A stretch of 64,000 nt of DNA, taken from contig CAVQMO010000001.1 in assembly GCA_963713605.1 (NCBI GenBank), positions 320,001 through 384,000 of the forward strand, given 5' to 3'. The notes under the pieces are model-generated. The model saw only the letters and a program-made list of their open reading frames with translations, was not told where the DNA came from and did no database searches. This document shows, piece after piece, positions 1-10,519 of the stretch. Both the position numbers and the translations under genes were made by a program. Each line of letters begins with the position of its first letter. Positions within the stretch are counted from its first letter, which is position 1. Source of the DNA: an uncultured Nitrososphaerales archaeon (GTDB taxonomy: Archaea; Thermoproteota; Nitrososphaeria; Nitrososphaerales; Nitrososphaeraceae).

Positions 1-1769
1 CCGCAGCAGCAGCAGCAGGTGGTGCAGCCGCAGCAGCAGCAGCATCAGCCGGTGGTGCAGCCGCAGCAGCAGCAGCATCAGCTGGTGGTGGTGCAGCCGC
101 AGCAGCAGCAGGAGCGGGCAGTGCAGCAGCAGCAGCCGCAAGTGGCGGTGGTGCAGCCGCCGCAGCAGCAGCAGGTAGCGCGGCAGGTGCAGCAGCAGCA
201 GCCGCTGCCTCAGGTGGCGGTGGCGCAGCCGCAGCCGCAGCCGCAGCTGGGCAGGGAGCAGCCGCAGCCGCAGCATCAGCCGGTGGCTCAGCAGCAGCAG
301 CAGCAGCAGCAGGTGCAGCAGCATCAGCTGCAGCAGCAGGTAGTTCAGCCGCAGCTGCAGCCGCAGGTAGTGGCGCAGCCGCAGCCGGCAGCAGCAGCGG
401 GTGGTGGTGCAGCAGCGGCAGCTGCAGCAGCTGGTAATGCAGCGGCAGCAGCAGCCGCCGCCGGTGGTGGTGGTGGTGGTGGCAGCAGCAGCAGCAGCTG
501 CGAGCATCCGGAGGTGGCGCAGAGCAGGTGCAGCAGCAGGTAATGCAGCAGCAGCAGCCGCAGCAGCCGGAGGTGGCGCAGCAGCATCAGCCGCAGCTGC
601 ATCAGCAGCCGCAGCAGCAGCCTCTTCTGCAGCAAGTGATGCGAGCAGCAGCCGCCGCAGCAGCAGCAGCAGCCGGTGAAGATCAGCAGCAGCAGCAGCA
701 GCAGCAGCAGGTACGGCAGCGCAGCAGCAGCAGCAGCCGGTGAAGCAGCTGCAGCAGCAGCAGCAGCCGGTGAAGATCCAGCAGCAGCAGCAGCCGCAGC
801 AGCTGCAGAAAATGGAGGCTCAGCCGCAGCCGCAGCAGCAGCAGGTAGGGCAGCAGGAGCAGCAGCAGCCGCCGGTGAAGCAGCTGGTGCGGATCCAGCA
901 GCAGCTGCAGCAGCTGCAGCAGCAGCAGGAGCAGCAGCAGCCGGTGGTGCAGAACCTCAGCAAGCAATAGAAGCCGGTGCTGCTGGGGCCGCTGGAGTTG
1001 AGAATCAGAATCTTGCAGCTCCAGAAGGTGAAGCTCCTCCAGAAGATGGTGCAGCTCAATTAGCCGCCCCTGAAGGTGCAGTTCCTCCTGGTGGCGCAGC
1101 TCCTCCTGGTGGCGAAGCTCCTCCTGGTGGCGAAGCTCCTCCTGGTGGCGAAGCTCCTCCTGGTGGTGAAGCTCCTCCAGAAGATGGTGCAAGCTCCTCC
1201 AGGTGGTGCAGCTCGCTCCAGAAGGTGATGAAGCTCCTCCAGGTGGTGAAGCTCCTCCAGAAGATGGTGCAGCTCCAGAAGGTGCAGCTCCAGAAGGTGC
1301 AGCTCCAGAAGGTGCAGCTCCAGAAGGTGCAGCTCCAGAAGGTGCAGCTCCAGAAGGTGCAGCTCCAGAAGGTGGTGATGCACCTCCAGAAGATGGTGGC
1401 GCAGCTCAATTAGCCGCTCCACGAGGTGCAGCACCTCCTGAAGGTGTAATTTGTAACCCTGACATACCAATATTCAATCCGGAAACAGGTCAATGCGAAG
1501 CCGCCCCCCAACCCGAAGCAGCCCCAGAGTGTAACCCTCCTGAAGTACTAAATCCAAATACAAATCAATGCGAAGCTCCACCAGCTGACGTAGCTCCACC
1601 AGCTGACGTAGCTCCACCAGCTGACGAAGCTCCACCAGCTGACGAAGCTCCACCAGCTGACGAAGCTCCACCAGCTGACGAAGCTCCACCAGCTGACGAA
1701 GCTCCACCAGCTGACGAAGGTCAGGACGGAGGCAACGGCGACGACGGTAACGGAGACGAAAACAACTAG
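1..1769 (+). CDS. Low-complexity Ala/Gly-rich then Pro/Glu-rich repeat protein (5' end outside window; several frameshifts)
   Basis: GCA/GCC/GGT codon runs give poly-Ala blocks with G/GG/S linkers; then EAPPGG, GAAPE and (E/V)APPAD repeats and two Cys motifs; stop TAG at 1767-1769 followed by T-tracts. Confidence 0.75.
1266..1370 (+). repeat. 7 x 15-bp tandem repeat GGTGCAGCTCCAGAA (GAAPE)
   Basis: Read directly from sequence. Confidence 0.95.
1572..1715 (+). repeat. 8 x 18-bp tandem repeat G(A/T)AGCTCCACCAGCTGAC ((E/V)APPAD)
   Basis: Read directly from sequence. Confidence 0.95.
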
Positions 1770-1784
1770 GGTAACTAGAGAAAA

Positions 1785-1800
1785 TTTTTCTCTTTTTTTT
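1785..1800 (+). terminator. Archaeal oligo-T terminator
   Basis: TTTTTCTCTTTTTTTT just after the stop; a second T8 tract at 1833-1840. Confidence 0.6.
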
Positions 1801-2014
1801 ATCCTCTAAGTAAGGGTCATTATTCTAACCGCTTTTTTTTGCATTAGACTTGACGTTTATTACCCAGAAATTTAGCCTGATGCAGCTAATATTGTATTGA
1901 TTGATTGATAATATTACACGATTAGCACTGAATGGCTGTTGCACCTAGCGAACCAACAACTTTTTCGATTATGTGATCAAAGTCTGACCTAAATTCCAAT
2001 CTTTATAACACGTC

Positions 2015-2395
2015 ATGAATACTATCCGTACGTTGATTAGAATTACACATTCTCCTATTGAACAAATAATAATACATGAGATGGTCGAATACTCACTTTC
2101 CGATTTTGTGAAGCATATGACCCTTGGTGTTGCGCCTGAAGGAACAGCAAGTTTGGTCAAATGGTGTGACGGGATAGTTTTTGCACACGTTGCCTTGCCG
2201 TCTACCGCAGACGTGGTGAAGGACCAGATGAACGGTATAGTTCATTGGGCATGGCTTTCATATGCTGAAATGAATTCATTCAAAGATGTCTTGGAATCTC
2301 CGCATAAAGCAAGAATTCCTCTAATAGATGTAAGTAACAATGACTTGAATAAGGAACTCGTTCGCTGGTTAAAAAAGAAGAGAATTGGGAGATGA
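2015..2395 (+). CDS. Hypothetical protein
   Basis: 126-aa ORF of globular composition. Confidence 0.7.
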   Translation: MNTIRTLIRITHSPIEQIIIHEMVEYSLSDFVKHMTLGVAPEGTASLVKWCDGIVFAHVALPSTADVVKDQMNGIVHWAWLSYAEMNSFKDVLESPHKARIPLIDVSNNDLNKELVRWLKKKRIGR

Positions 2396-2590
2396 CGTGC
2401 CTTGTGAGTTGACATGCCTTTGAACGTTAAACCTTTTGTTTGACTTATACATATCAAATGGACAGAGCCAACCATATGTCTGTCTAACCTTGACTTTATT
2501 CTGATGAATTGGAACGACAGTTCCAGAGGGGAAATGTTGATGCGATCCGATAGGTGGGTGACTTGAGATGAATTTGCCTGTTGTTGCCAC
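2369..2590 (-). pseudogene. Degenerate C2H2-type zinc-finger protein
   Basis: YGWLCPFDMYKSNKRFNVQRHVNSQ resembles WACSTCGMYSSRKYSVKRHIMNLH at 24290-24607 but lacks the second Cys and the last His. Confidence 0.45.
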
Positions 2591-3002
2591 ATAGTTTTTG
2601 GCTCATTTCACTCTTAAAACGTTTTAATTGGTTAAATGGATTATACGTAGGTGATCCTTGATTCGAATTTTAGGTTTGCTAGCCCTATTTCCTCCCAACT
2701 AGCTAAGGTGGAAGACTTCGTTGAACCAGTCAAGCTGGAACTGAAGTAAGATTCAAAGCAGTAGTCTGGTGGCATTATTGATGCTCCGATTCTAATCTCC
2801 CCTCTTGCAACGAAATTGTAAATGCCGTTGTAAAATAACAATAATAATAATTGTAACAAGTTTTTGCTATAATGATAAATCGTAATTAGGCTATTTCTCC
2901 TTCTTGTGCCATTAGAACCAATTACAACTCAATAGTAGTAATTTTCTCATAACAAAGACTCAAATCGCTTAAAGCACACATAGACGTACGCCTAGATCAA
3001 GA

Positions 3003-3191
3003 TTGGCACGTAGAGTGATAATCACGAAAGATAATATTTCTAATAGAATCTTAAGTATAATAAATACGAGACAGAATGGCATGTGTTGTTTTTGCGAACA
3101 AAAAATTGTTAGTGACGACGTGCTAGTTAGCACTGGGATTCCCCGTAGTTACTATCATATTGATTGTGCAAGAAGACTGCACATAATCTAG
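3003..3191 (+). CDS. Small Zn-binding protein (CxxC...HxxC)
   Basis: CCFC...YYHIDC; TTG start; TATA-like CTTAAAG near 2968. Confidence 0.65.
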   Translation: MARRVIITKDNISNRILSIINTRQNGMCCFCEQKIVSDDVLVSTGIPRSYYHIDCARRLHII

Positions 3192-3248
3192 CATCATAAT
3201 CTACGAATTGAAATTGTTTGTGCGAAATTAATATGAGGATAAAGGATT

Positions 3249-3986
3249 TCATAAATTCGCGCTCCCGGCATCTACCCAGTTTGATGCACCAAAGCTCTCT
3301 CGAGTTGTACGAATCATCGACATATTGTAATCAAAGATTATTTTGGAGTAATTTTCTAATACTTCTTTGATTGATTCTAGGTTCTTGGCGGTATAAAAGC
3401 CCGGACAGTCTCCCGTTAATTGAAATGAAGCGTGGACTTGCGGTCTACCTTTATAGATTTGAATCCATGACGAAAATGGGTACAGCCAGCATACGCCTGG
3501 TTTGTCTGGATGCAAAGAACAAGATCCCGTCTCAGAAAGAAATCTGCACCGACATGGAAGTCCAGTGTCAGATTCATCTTCATGATCCTTTCTTTTCAGC
3601 GATAGCATAGTAATAGTTGTAATCAAGCCCCCCATCGAATTGTCATCACGGGTTGAGATTATTGTGTCATGTTTCACAAATTCAGATGGCCTATCATAAC
3701 CTAGTTTTGAGGAAATATGAATAATATCGTCTTTGGTCAGTGGCAGGCTGGCTTGATGTTCGCAACAATTATGGCAGTCAGGCCACAGACATTTCCAAAG
3801 TAAATACAAGGCGTCACGTTCCAAAAATGGAATATGGAATACGACATCATTTACTTGAATCACGGTATCCTTAACGTCATCCCTTTTCCCTAGGTGCAAA
3901 TCATGAACAGGAGGCTCTATATTCCACCTTTTACCTAATTCTTCAAGGGCTTTCTCTACGTACGATTCACGGGAATTGATGTTCAA
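3249..3986 (-). CDS. YkgJ-family Cys-cluster (Fe-S/Zn) protein
   Basis: CHNCC ... CRFL ... CSLHPDKPGVCWLYPF ... CPG motifs. Confidence 0.85.
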   Translation of the reverse strand: MNINSRESYVEKALEELGKRWNIEPPVHDLHLGKRDDVKDTVIQVNDVVFHIPFLERDALYLLWKCLWPDCHNCCEHQASLPLTKDDIIHISSKLGYDRPSEFVKHDTIISTRDDNSMGGLITTITMLSLKRKDHEDESDTGLPCRCRFLSETGSCSLHPDKPGVCWLYPFSSWIQIYKGRPQVHASFQLTGDCPGFYTAKNLESIKEVLENYSKIIFDYNMSMIRTTRESFGASNWVDAGSANL

Positions 3987-4110
3987 TCCATTCGCCTAAT
4001 TCTAGTAATCAATTCTTGCTCAATTCCCTCCACATCAGCTTATAATACCTAATATGTTGCTGAATATTCATTATTTCAAATCCATGTAGAATACTAATGA
4101 CTAGAAATTT

Positions 4111-5394
4111 TCAAAGAATTGTTCCTCTGGAAAAGAATACTTCATGGTTCCCGGGAGTAAGATCCTCCCAGGTTGCAAACACCGTATCTTCTACTGTAAT
4201 AATTGAAGGACATTCAGAAATATCTCCATTGTTACTCAGATTCGTAACACCACTAAATGACTCACCACTGTCAGTACTTGATGCAAAGAAAATCTCATCT
4301 TTATCTGAGGTATCCGTTCTGTCTTGCCATGCTATGAATACTCTGTTATTCTGATCAGCCATAATATCGACATTCGAAGGTTCATATAGTCTGCCCTGTT
4401 CAGTTTCGCTTATCTTCTTGGTTTCAGAAAATGTTTTTCCATAGTCATCACTTTTAATAAGACTTATGCTCCTTAGTTTGTTAGTATCCAATCCCCCCCA
4501 AATCACGTAAATCTGGTTCCCAGAACTAGCAACCTGAGGCTCACCAAAATCTTTCTCTTCCATATTTAGTTTCGACATGTTACCAAATGTCATGCCCTTA
4601 TCAAAGCTAGAAATAAAGTAAACACCACTTTTTGTGTTCGGCTGATCCTCTCCATCGACATTCCAGGTGACATAAACATGACTATCAAAAGCAGATATTT
4701 TTGGGAACGTTTGAGCCATTGCGTTTTCACTCAATACTATTGGTTTGTGAAAAGTATTTCCGCCATCGTTGCTGGAGGCTAGCATTATGCGATAGGGCCC
4801 ATAAGGAATCTTTTCCAACCAGACTATATACACATTATCCCCAAAACTTGAGATCTCCTGGTTGAATGCATTCGAATTACTGTCACTAAGTAACACCTGC
4901 TCTCCAAAAGAATTTCCTCCATTATTGCTCTTCTTGAAATAAATTTGCTTATTGACATTTGTGTCATCTGCCCATACAACGTAGACGTTCTTATTTTCTG
5001 ATGCCATTTGAGGATGCTCTGAAAAACCAATATTATCGCTTAGCCGAATTTTTTCTCCAAAGGAATTTCCCTCGTCACTGCTCTTCTTGAAAAAAATTTC
5101 ATAGTTCCTATTTGTGTTACCAGGTACCGATTCTTGCCATACGACATAAGTATTATTGTCAGAGCTTCTTACCTGGCCATACACTGAATCTTCAGTATTA
5201 TTCGAAATATTCATGGTGTCATCGAATTCTATCTGAAGGCTATGATTAATGAGATCCGTTACTTCCGCTACGCCATCATTCGAAGCTCTCAAGTCCAACG
5301 GATGAGTCAGAGAGTAAATCAGACCGACGGAAGATATCACAATGCCTAAAGCAAGTAGAAAAATCTTGTTCTTTTCATTCCACATATACATCAA
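4111..5394 (-). CDS. Secreted BNR/Asp-box repeat (sialidase-like beta-propeller) protein
   Basis: N-terminal hydrophobic helix; repeated S-x-D-x-G-x-(S/T)-F Asp-boxes and YVVW motifs. Confidence 0.85.
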   Translation of the reverse strand: MMYMWNEKNKIFLLALGIVISSVGLIYSLTHPLDLRASNDGVAEVTDLINHSLQIEFDDTMNISNNTEDSVYGQVRSSDNNTYVVWQESVPGNTNRNYEIFFKKSSDEGNSFGEKIRLSDNIGFSEHPQMASENKNVYVVWADDTNVNKQIYFKKSNNGGNSFGEQVLLSDSNSNAFNQEISSFGDNVYIVWLEKIPYGPYRIMLASSNDGGNTFHKPIVLSENAMAQTFPKISAFDSHVYVTWNVDGEDQPNTKSGVYFISSFDKGMTFGNMSKLNMEEKDFGEPQVASSGNQIYVIWGGLDTNKLRSISLIKSDDYGKTFSETKKISETEQGRLYEPSNVDIMADQNNRVFIAWQDRTDTSDKDEIFFASSTDSGESFSGVTNLSNNGDISECPSIITVEDTVFATWEDLTPGNHEVFFSRGTIL

Positions 5395-5603
5395 ATACAG
5401 AGAATATATCCCAATGCCTTATAATTGTATTAGAAACGAAGAAGTGATTACCTTTCCAATGCTATTCCTATTAACCGAAGCTTGTATGCATAAGTCGGTT
5501 AGGGGGGGATTAACTAGATCTTCTACTCGTCGCTCATGCCATGGGTGAGCTTTGAATAATCGGCTACAGAATTTCTAGACCTGCACTTAAGTTGCGTATG
5601 AGA

Positions 5604-6327
5604 CTATTTGGCACGAGTTCCGGACCAGACGAGCGAATGAAACCTAATTGATAATCTGTAACCATTCTTCAGACAGATTTCTGCCAACCATTTGGATTTT
5701 TCCACAATCTCTGCAGCAGAATTTCCCTCAGGCATCAGAATTATTCTTTGCCTCTTCAGCATTATATTTTCCGATCAGAGTCTCTACTTCTGATATGTCT
5801 GAACGATTGCATATAACAAATTTCATGTACGCCTTAGAATTCTTGGCAAAATATTCTAAACAGGTTTGACTTCTCTGTGTTTTTCGAAATCGAAGAATTC
5901 TGAAGTTTTGGTGAAACGTTCCACCGGTCGACAAATCTTTCTACCATGTCTGAGGGAAGAATAGTACCATTCGTTTCAACCTCGATGAAATAGTCATTGC
6001 TCTTCAAATTGGAAAGTAATGGAACGAGTTTCATTTGTTGTATGAGAGGTTCGCCGCCGGTGATTACACAATGCTTCGTGTCGAACCCTGATATTTGTTC
6101 CTGAATCTCAGGTTATAGTCATTTCTGAAACTTCTCTATCATAATCGTAATGATTCCAGTCCCATGTGTATTTCGTGTCACACCATACGCATGATAGATT
6201 ACATAACGCAGTTCGTATGAAAACTGCTGGCTTTCCCACATCAATCCCCTCTCCCTGTAATGAATAGAATATTTCACTAAGCTTGAGAGTCTCTATCTCG
6301 GATGATAGCAGGTCGGGATATTCTCAT
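5604..6327 (-). CDS. queE: 7-carboxy-7-deazaguanine synthase (radical SAM), frameshifted
   Basis: Re-joined frames read LSEIFYSLQGEG...FIRTALCNLSCVWCDTKYTW, ITGGEPL, IEVETNGT, NVSPKL; missed as a whole by the ORF track. Confidence 0.9.
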
Positions 6328-6878
6328 AACTTTATCCAATCACTCCTCCAACCAGATGTTAAAATTATCTTCTTAATATCTGTTGGAGAATTTGTTGCGT
6401 TATTTAATTACCCTACTAGCAAATCCCATACAGTTTAAGAAATCGTTGGGGAAATATATAATTTCGGCATGATGATCACAAGGATCGGATCCTTGCCCAG
6501 GCCCGGGGAGATATTTCACGTGCTAAGGGCCAATTAGCAACAAGCTTTACAAAATCACCTTGTGAATATTAATATGTGACTGGAATGGCCATATTTTAGT
6601 GTAGAGACACCTATCCACAAATCTTATTGTTTAGTTATAAAAAAAACGAGCAAATGGAGATTAGGTCTGCTATTCATCAGTATGGGCAGTTTTGCACTGT
6701 AAAATAGAATGATGTCAAATTAGCTTACTGTAAGCATTCTTATAAGCGGTAAAGAATACAATTGCTACCATCGGATGAACACATTCAATTGTTGAACCTA
6801 CAGACAAACAACTGTGCATCTTTTACCGCAAACAAGGGGTTTTTAGTATGATTGAGTTGATAGTAGTCCCATTTCTCA

Positions 6879-7220
6879 TCAAAAGGGAAATGTAAATGTC
6901 ACTTTTTCCAATTCTAGGATTGGAACATATAAGGAAAGAGTATCGGTCCCTAGCGCATCAACGTAGACAAATTCCCCTGTCAGTCTCTTTAGTTCTATGA
7001 ATTTCTTTTCTGGTTTGCTGGACTGTACAACATAGTGTACTATAGAAGTACCAATTGCTCCAGTTTGAATAAATAAAATTTCTCTATTTTCATGTTGTAA
7101 ATGATATAACATAGGAGTCAAACCCAGTGCAGACTGAGATGAATAAACTATAACTTTTAACATATCTTCCAAAGATTTGTATTTGAGATATACTGCATCG
7201 TTATGGTCGCTTTCTGTCAT
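6879..7220 (-). CDS. Hypothetical protein
   Basis: 113-aa intact ORF with ATG start. Confidence 0.7.
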   Translation of the reverse strand: MTESDHNDAVYLKYKSLEDMLKVIVYSSQSALGLTPMLYHLQHENREILFIQTGAIGTSIVHYVVQSSKPEKKFIELKRLTGEFVYVDALGTDTLSLYVPILELEKVTFTFPF

Positions 7221-7288
7221 ATTAGATAGAAGGTTAGAATATTTCTTGGTATTTTATCTTTCCTTTAATTCGCTTACTCTAAGCTAAT

Positions 7289-7316
7289 CCCTAGTCACTA
7301 GTGACTAGTCCCTAGT
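7289..7316. repeat. Four tandem NNCTAGT heptamers containing a perfect 18-bp palindrome (7291-7308)
   Basis: CCCTAGT-CACTAGT-GACTAGT-CCCTAGT; CTAGTCACTAGTGACTAG is its own reverse complement. Confidence 0.85.
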
Positions 7317-7493
7317 TCTTGAATTGATTCTGTTCAAATAAGGCTCCACAAAAGCACGGAATAGAGCGAAATGTAGAAAAATGATAAAGTCCTCAGTCAA
7401 TCAAACAGGATGAAATAAACTTGTTTTCATCGAAAAAAGTTTAAAAAAGGGTTGAGATAAAAATTATAATGAGTTTTGTATCCCCAAACTCCT

Positions 7494-7974
7494 TTATTGT
7501 TTTGAAAAGAATTGCTTTTGCTGTTGTTGGGACACATTATAATATGTATTCCAGGCCTTTGCGATATTCGTATTATATTCAGTTATCGTATCTACAGTCC
7601 TATTGTATACCTTAAGATTCTCTCTGCGGCATCAATAGCATTTATGGTCAATTGATTGTTGATATCTATTGCTTTTATTGTGTTGTTTGTGAAGTCAGAT
7701 GTCTGTCTTGCCATTTGATCCGATACGACTCAGAGCTTGGAAAAGTGTTCCAGGTTTCACCTACATACTGCTTTTGAACAGCAAATGTAGTGTGTATTAA
7801 ATTCTTCACCGTCTGGATATAATCAAGCTGCAGGTTTGATATTGACTGTGAATATTGGGGTTGAGCCTTAGCAACTTCGTCAATAGCCCTCATAAAACTG
7901 TCTCGAACAGTTTCGTATGGTGTGTTCACTTCTGTCGTCTTTACGTTACCACTTGCTGATTCTTTATCTACCAT
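7494..7974 (-). CDS. Helical Gln/Asn-rich protein, possibly phasin-like (frameshifted)
   Basis: MVDKES...QPQYSQSISNLQLDYIQ...; other frame continues to AKAWNTYYNVSQQQQKQFFSKQ*. Confidence 0.6.
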
Positions 7975-8169
7975 TTTGCAACTAAATATCATTATGCTAT
8001 CTCTTATATATAGCTTGGCAATAGATGGTATTAATTGGCAAATAGATCCATCGTCTAGCGTTAGGAAGTAAGCACAAGACCGAACAATTCTGAATTCTAC
8101 CGTCGTACAGCCTATTACTAATAAATCATAGGTCATCAAATAATCTTAGGCAATTTAATGACTACACGA

Positions 8170-8725
8170 CTAATTGCTTTTTTCTTCTGATTTGGAAATT
8201 ACATAGAATCCGTGTGCTGAGATAAGAAAGGCAGCAAAAGACATCTTTGTCGCAAAAACCAGATTCCAAGGAGTCTCCGGATTGGGGTACGGTACATTGA
8301 TGTCATCTAGTCTTAGCAATCCATTGGTCATATCAACTGTAATAAATGAATTCCAAACGACAAAGTTGTAGATGAATTCGTATAATGCTGTAATCGCAAT
8401 GGCAAGTATAATGAGCTGAAAAAGAGCCTTCCATGATTTTGGTAATTTTTTTGCCTGATGCTCCACCTATCTTAGTGACACAATACCAACCTACAACAGT
8501 AACTATCATAAGATAGGTAACCAATTTCGCCAAACCAGTCATCGGAAATTCAGTATCCACTAATACCTCTCCGATAACAATTTTCCCCGTGCTCAAATAT
8601 TCAGCTATGCTCAGAACCAGTGCATAAGTAAAGATGATTAACATGGTCGCAGCGCAGAAGTAAAAGGTATAAAGATAAATCTTCCTTGCTCTCAATTCAT
8701 CCTTTCTGAGACTTGGGTTCTGCAT
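8170..8725 (-). CDS. Multi-pass membrane protein (one frameshift near 8455)
   Basis: ORFs 8333-8725 and 8170-8466 join into about 4 TM helices. Confidence 0.7.
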
Positions 8726-9011
8726 CTTATGACAGTCTTTGATAATAATTAACGCTTTATATAATCTATATTTTGGTCGCGATTCTCTTCAATTAGAAAT
8801 TCCATTGAAGCGAAATCGAATCATTACTCTACTAATACTCCAATACCCTATAGAAGTGGACTTCCAGTATTGAGATTCAAATGAGTTGCTACCTAACCGT
8901 TTGACTTGATTTTGCAATTAGCAGGCTAATCAGATAGATATAAAATATGAACACATATAACCTGAAAAACTCTTATAGTCATTCGCGGATCGATTCCATA
9001 GACAAGGGCAG

Positions 9012-9548
9012 ATGGTAAGTAAGGGGAACAGACCAGACTGGGATGTATATTTTATGCTTCAAGCGGAAATAGCTAAACTCCGTTCAAATTGTTTAACAAG
9101 ACAAGTGGGATGTGTCATAGTTCGTGAGAATAGACAGATCGCGACCGGATACAACGGTACACCTTCAGGGATCAAGAACTGTTTCGAAGGAGGATGTTTG
9201 AGATGTTTGGACCGTGCGAGAGGTAAAATTGAGTCAGGAGCAGATCTCGAAAGATGTCTGTGTATGCATGCAGAGGCTAACGCTATGCTTCAATGTGCTG
9301 TTTTTGGTAATACAGGTAGTACCAGGGGTTCCACGTTATATTCGACTTATGCCCCTTGTCTAGAGTGTAGCAAGATGGCAGTAAGTGTAGGAATAGCCAA
9401 AGTGGTATCGTTAGCCTCTTACCCTGAAGATGGGTCAGTTCTTTTGGCAAAGCGTAACGTAAGCGTAACAAGAATAGACAGGTTTGAATTAGAACGATGG
9501 CTATCAACTGTGGGGATGGACGCAGCCACAATGAAGAAAAGAAGTTGA
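9012..9548 (+). CDS. dCMP deaminase
   Basis: RPDWD..F, GYNG, HAE, PCxxC motifs. Confidence 0.9.
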   Translation: MVSKGNRPDWDVYFMLQAEIAKLRSNCLTRQVGCVIVRENRQIATGYNGTPSGIKNCFEGGCLRCLDRARGKIESGADLERCLCMHAEANAMLQCAVFGNTGSTRGSTLYSTYAPCLECSKMAVSVGIAKVVSLASYPEDGSVLLAKRNVSVTRIDRFELERWLSTVGMDAATMKKRS

Positions 9549-9651
9549 TTATCTAAAGTCAGACATAGTGAGTTACTAGATGGTCTCCCTTAGAAAGAAT
9601 TGAAGTCAGCCAATTTGTTTCTGTCGAAAATTTGATTTGTTCAAGGACGCT

Positions 9652-10519
9652 CTATTTGCACTGAGAGCGAATTTGTCGAATCAATTCCAATATCGTGTCG
9701 GCGTCGTTTGTCTCAGGATGCATCTCCAAATACTTACTAAGTGTAGCAAGAGCCTCCAATTTTTGCCCCCTTTTTAAAAAAATCATCCCCTTATCTCTTA
9801 TTGCAAATGGGTTAGTTTCATCAATGCTGATTATCATTTCGTTTGCGAGTTCGGCTCTTTCTAGGTCGTTTGACTCATAAAAGCTATTCTTGAGATTATT
9901 TAGGAGTCTTACGACTACCTGTGAAGCAGTTGCATTACTAAGTAGCGCCCTCGTCAGTACCATATTTTGGCGAGGGTACGATCGTTCCAATAACTCTTTA
10001 AGGGAATAATCATCCATTATTCGACCCATATTAAATGGATCGATAACGATCTCCGCAGATTGATCGTCAAGAATATATTTGACCAAAAAGTGAGCTGGAA
10101 AGTTAACAGGAAATAGATGTGAAGTCTAACATCGATGCTATCCTCATATAAATGATAGACAGAGTTATCGGTATCCCGTTTTTCTTTCAGAGTACTATGT
10201 TGAGATAATTGTTGGCTGGATTGTAATAGTCATGTGCATTTGGCTTGAACTTTACCTCATTGAAGAAAAAATCATTTATCCCTTCGATGAGTTGAGTCGG
10301 TCGTAGACGCTTAGGGTCTTTTACTTTTTGAGACAATTTATTACCCAGGCCGTCAATTTGCCGTGAAATGGATTCGATATTCAAGTCCGGATAGGCCAAA
10401 ATCCTTGAAACATGTAACGAAAATTCAGCTAATCTACTACTGTCCTCTTTCATTCGTATAGGAATTGCCACAACGTTCTTCCAATCCTCTATACATCCTT
10501 GCAAATCTATTGCAACCAA
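9652..10519 (-). CDS. SirB1-like transglutaminase + TPR protein (frameshifted)
   Basis: DYYNPANNYLN, GIPITLS, VNFPAHF, IDPFN, RLLNNLK and C-terminal TPR. Confidence 0.85.

Noticed and set aside
19..970. Poly-Gln, poly-Ser and poly-Leu/Cys ORFs
   Set aside because: Alternative frames of the GCA repeat. Third-position variation (GCA/GCC/GCT/GCG) fits the Ala frame, which also connects to the downstream Pro-rich coding region.
1266..1715. Tandem repeats as a CRISPR array
   Set aside because: No spacers, unit lengths are multiples of 3 within a CDS, and no cas genes are present.
2520..2536. ORB-like GTTCCAGAGGGGAAAT
   Set aside because: Spacing differs from the ORB consensus, single copy, and no cdc6/orc1 nearby.
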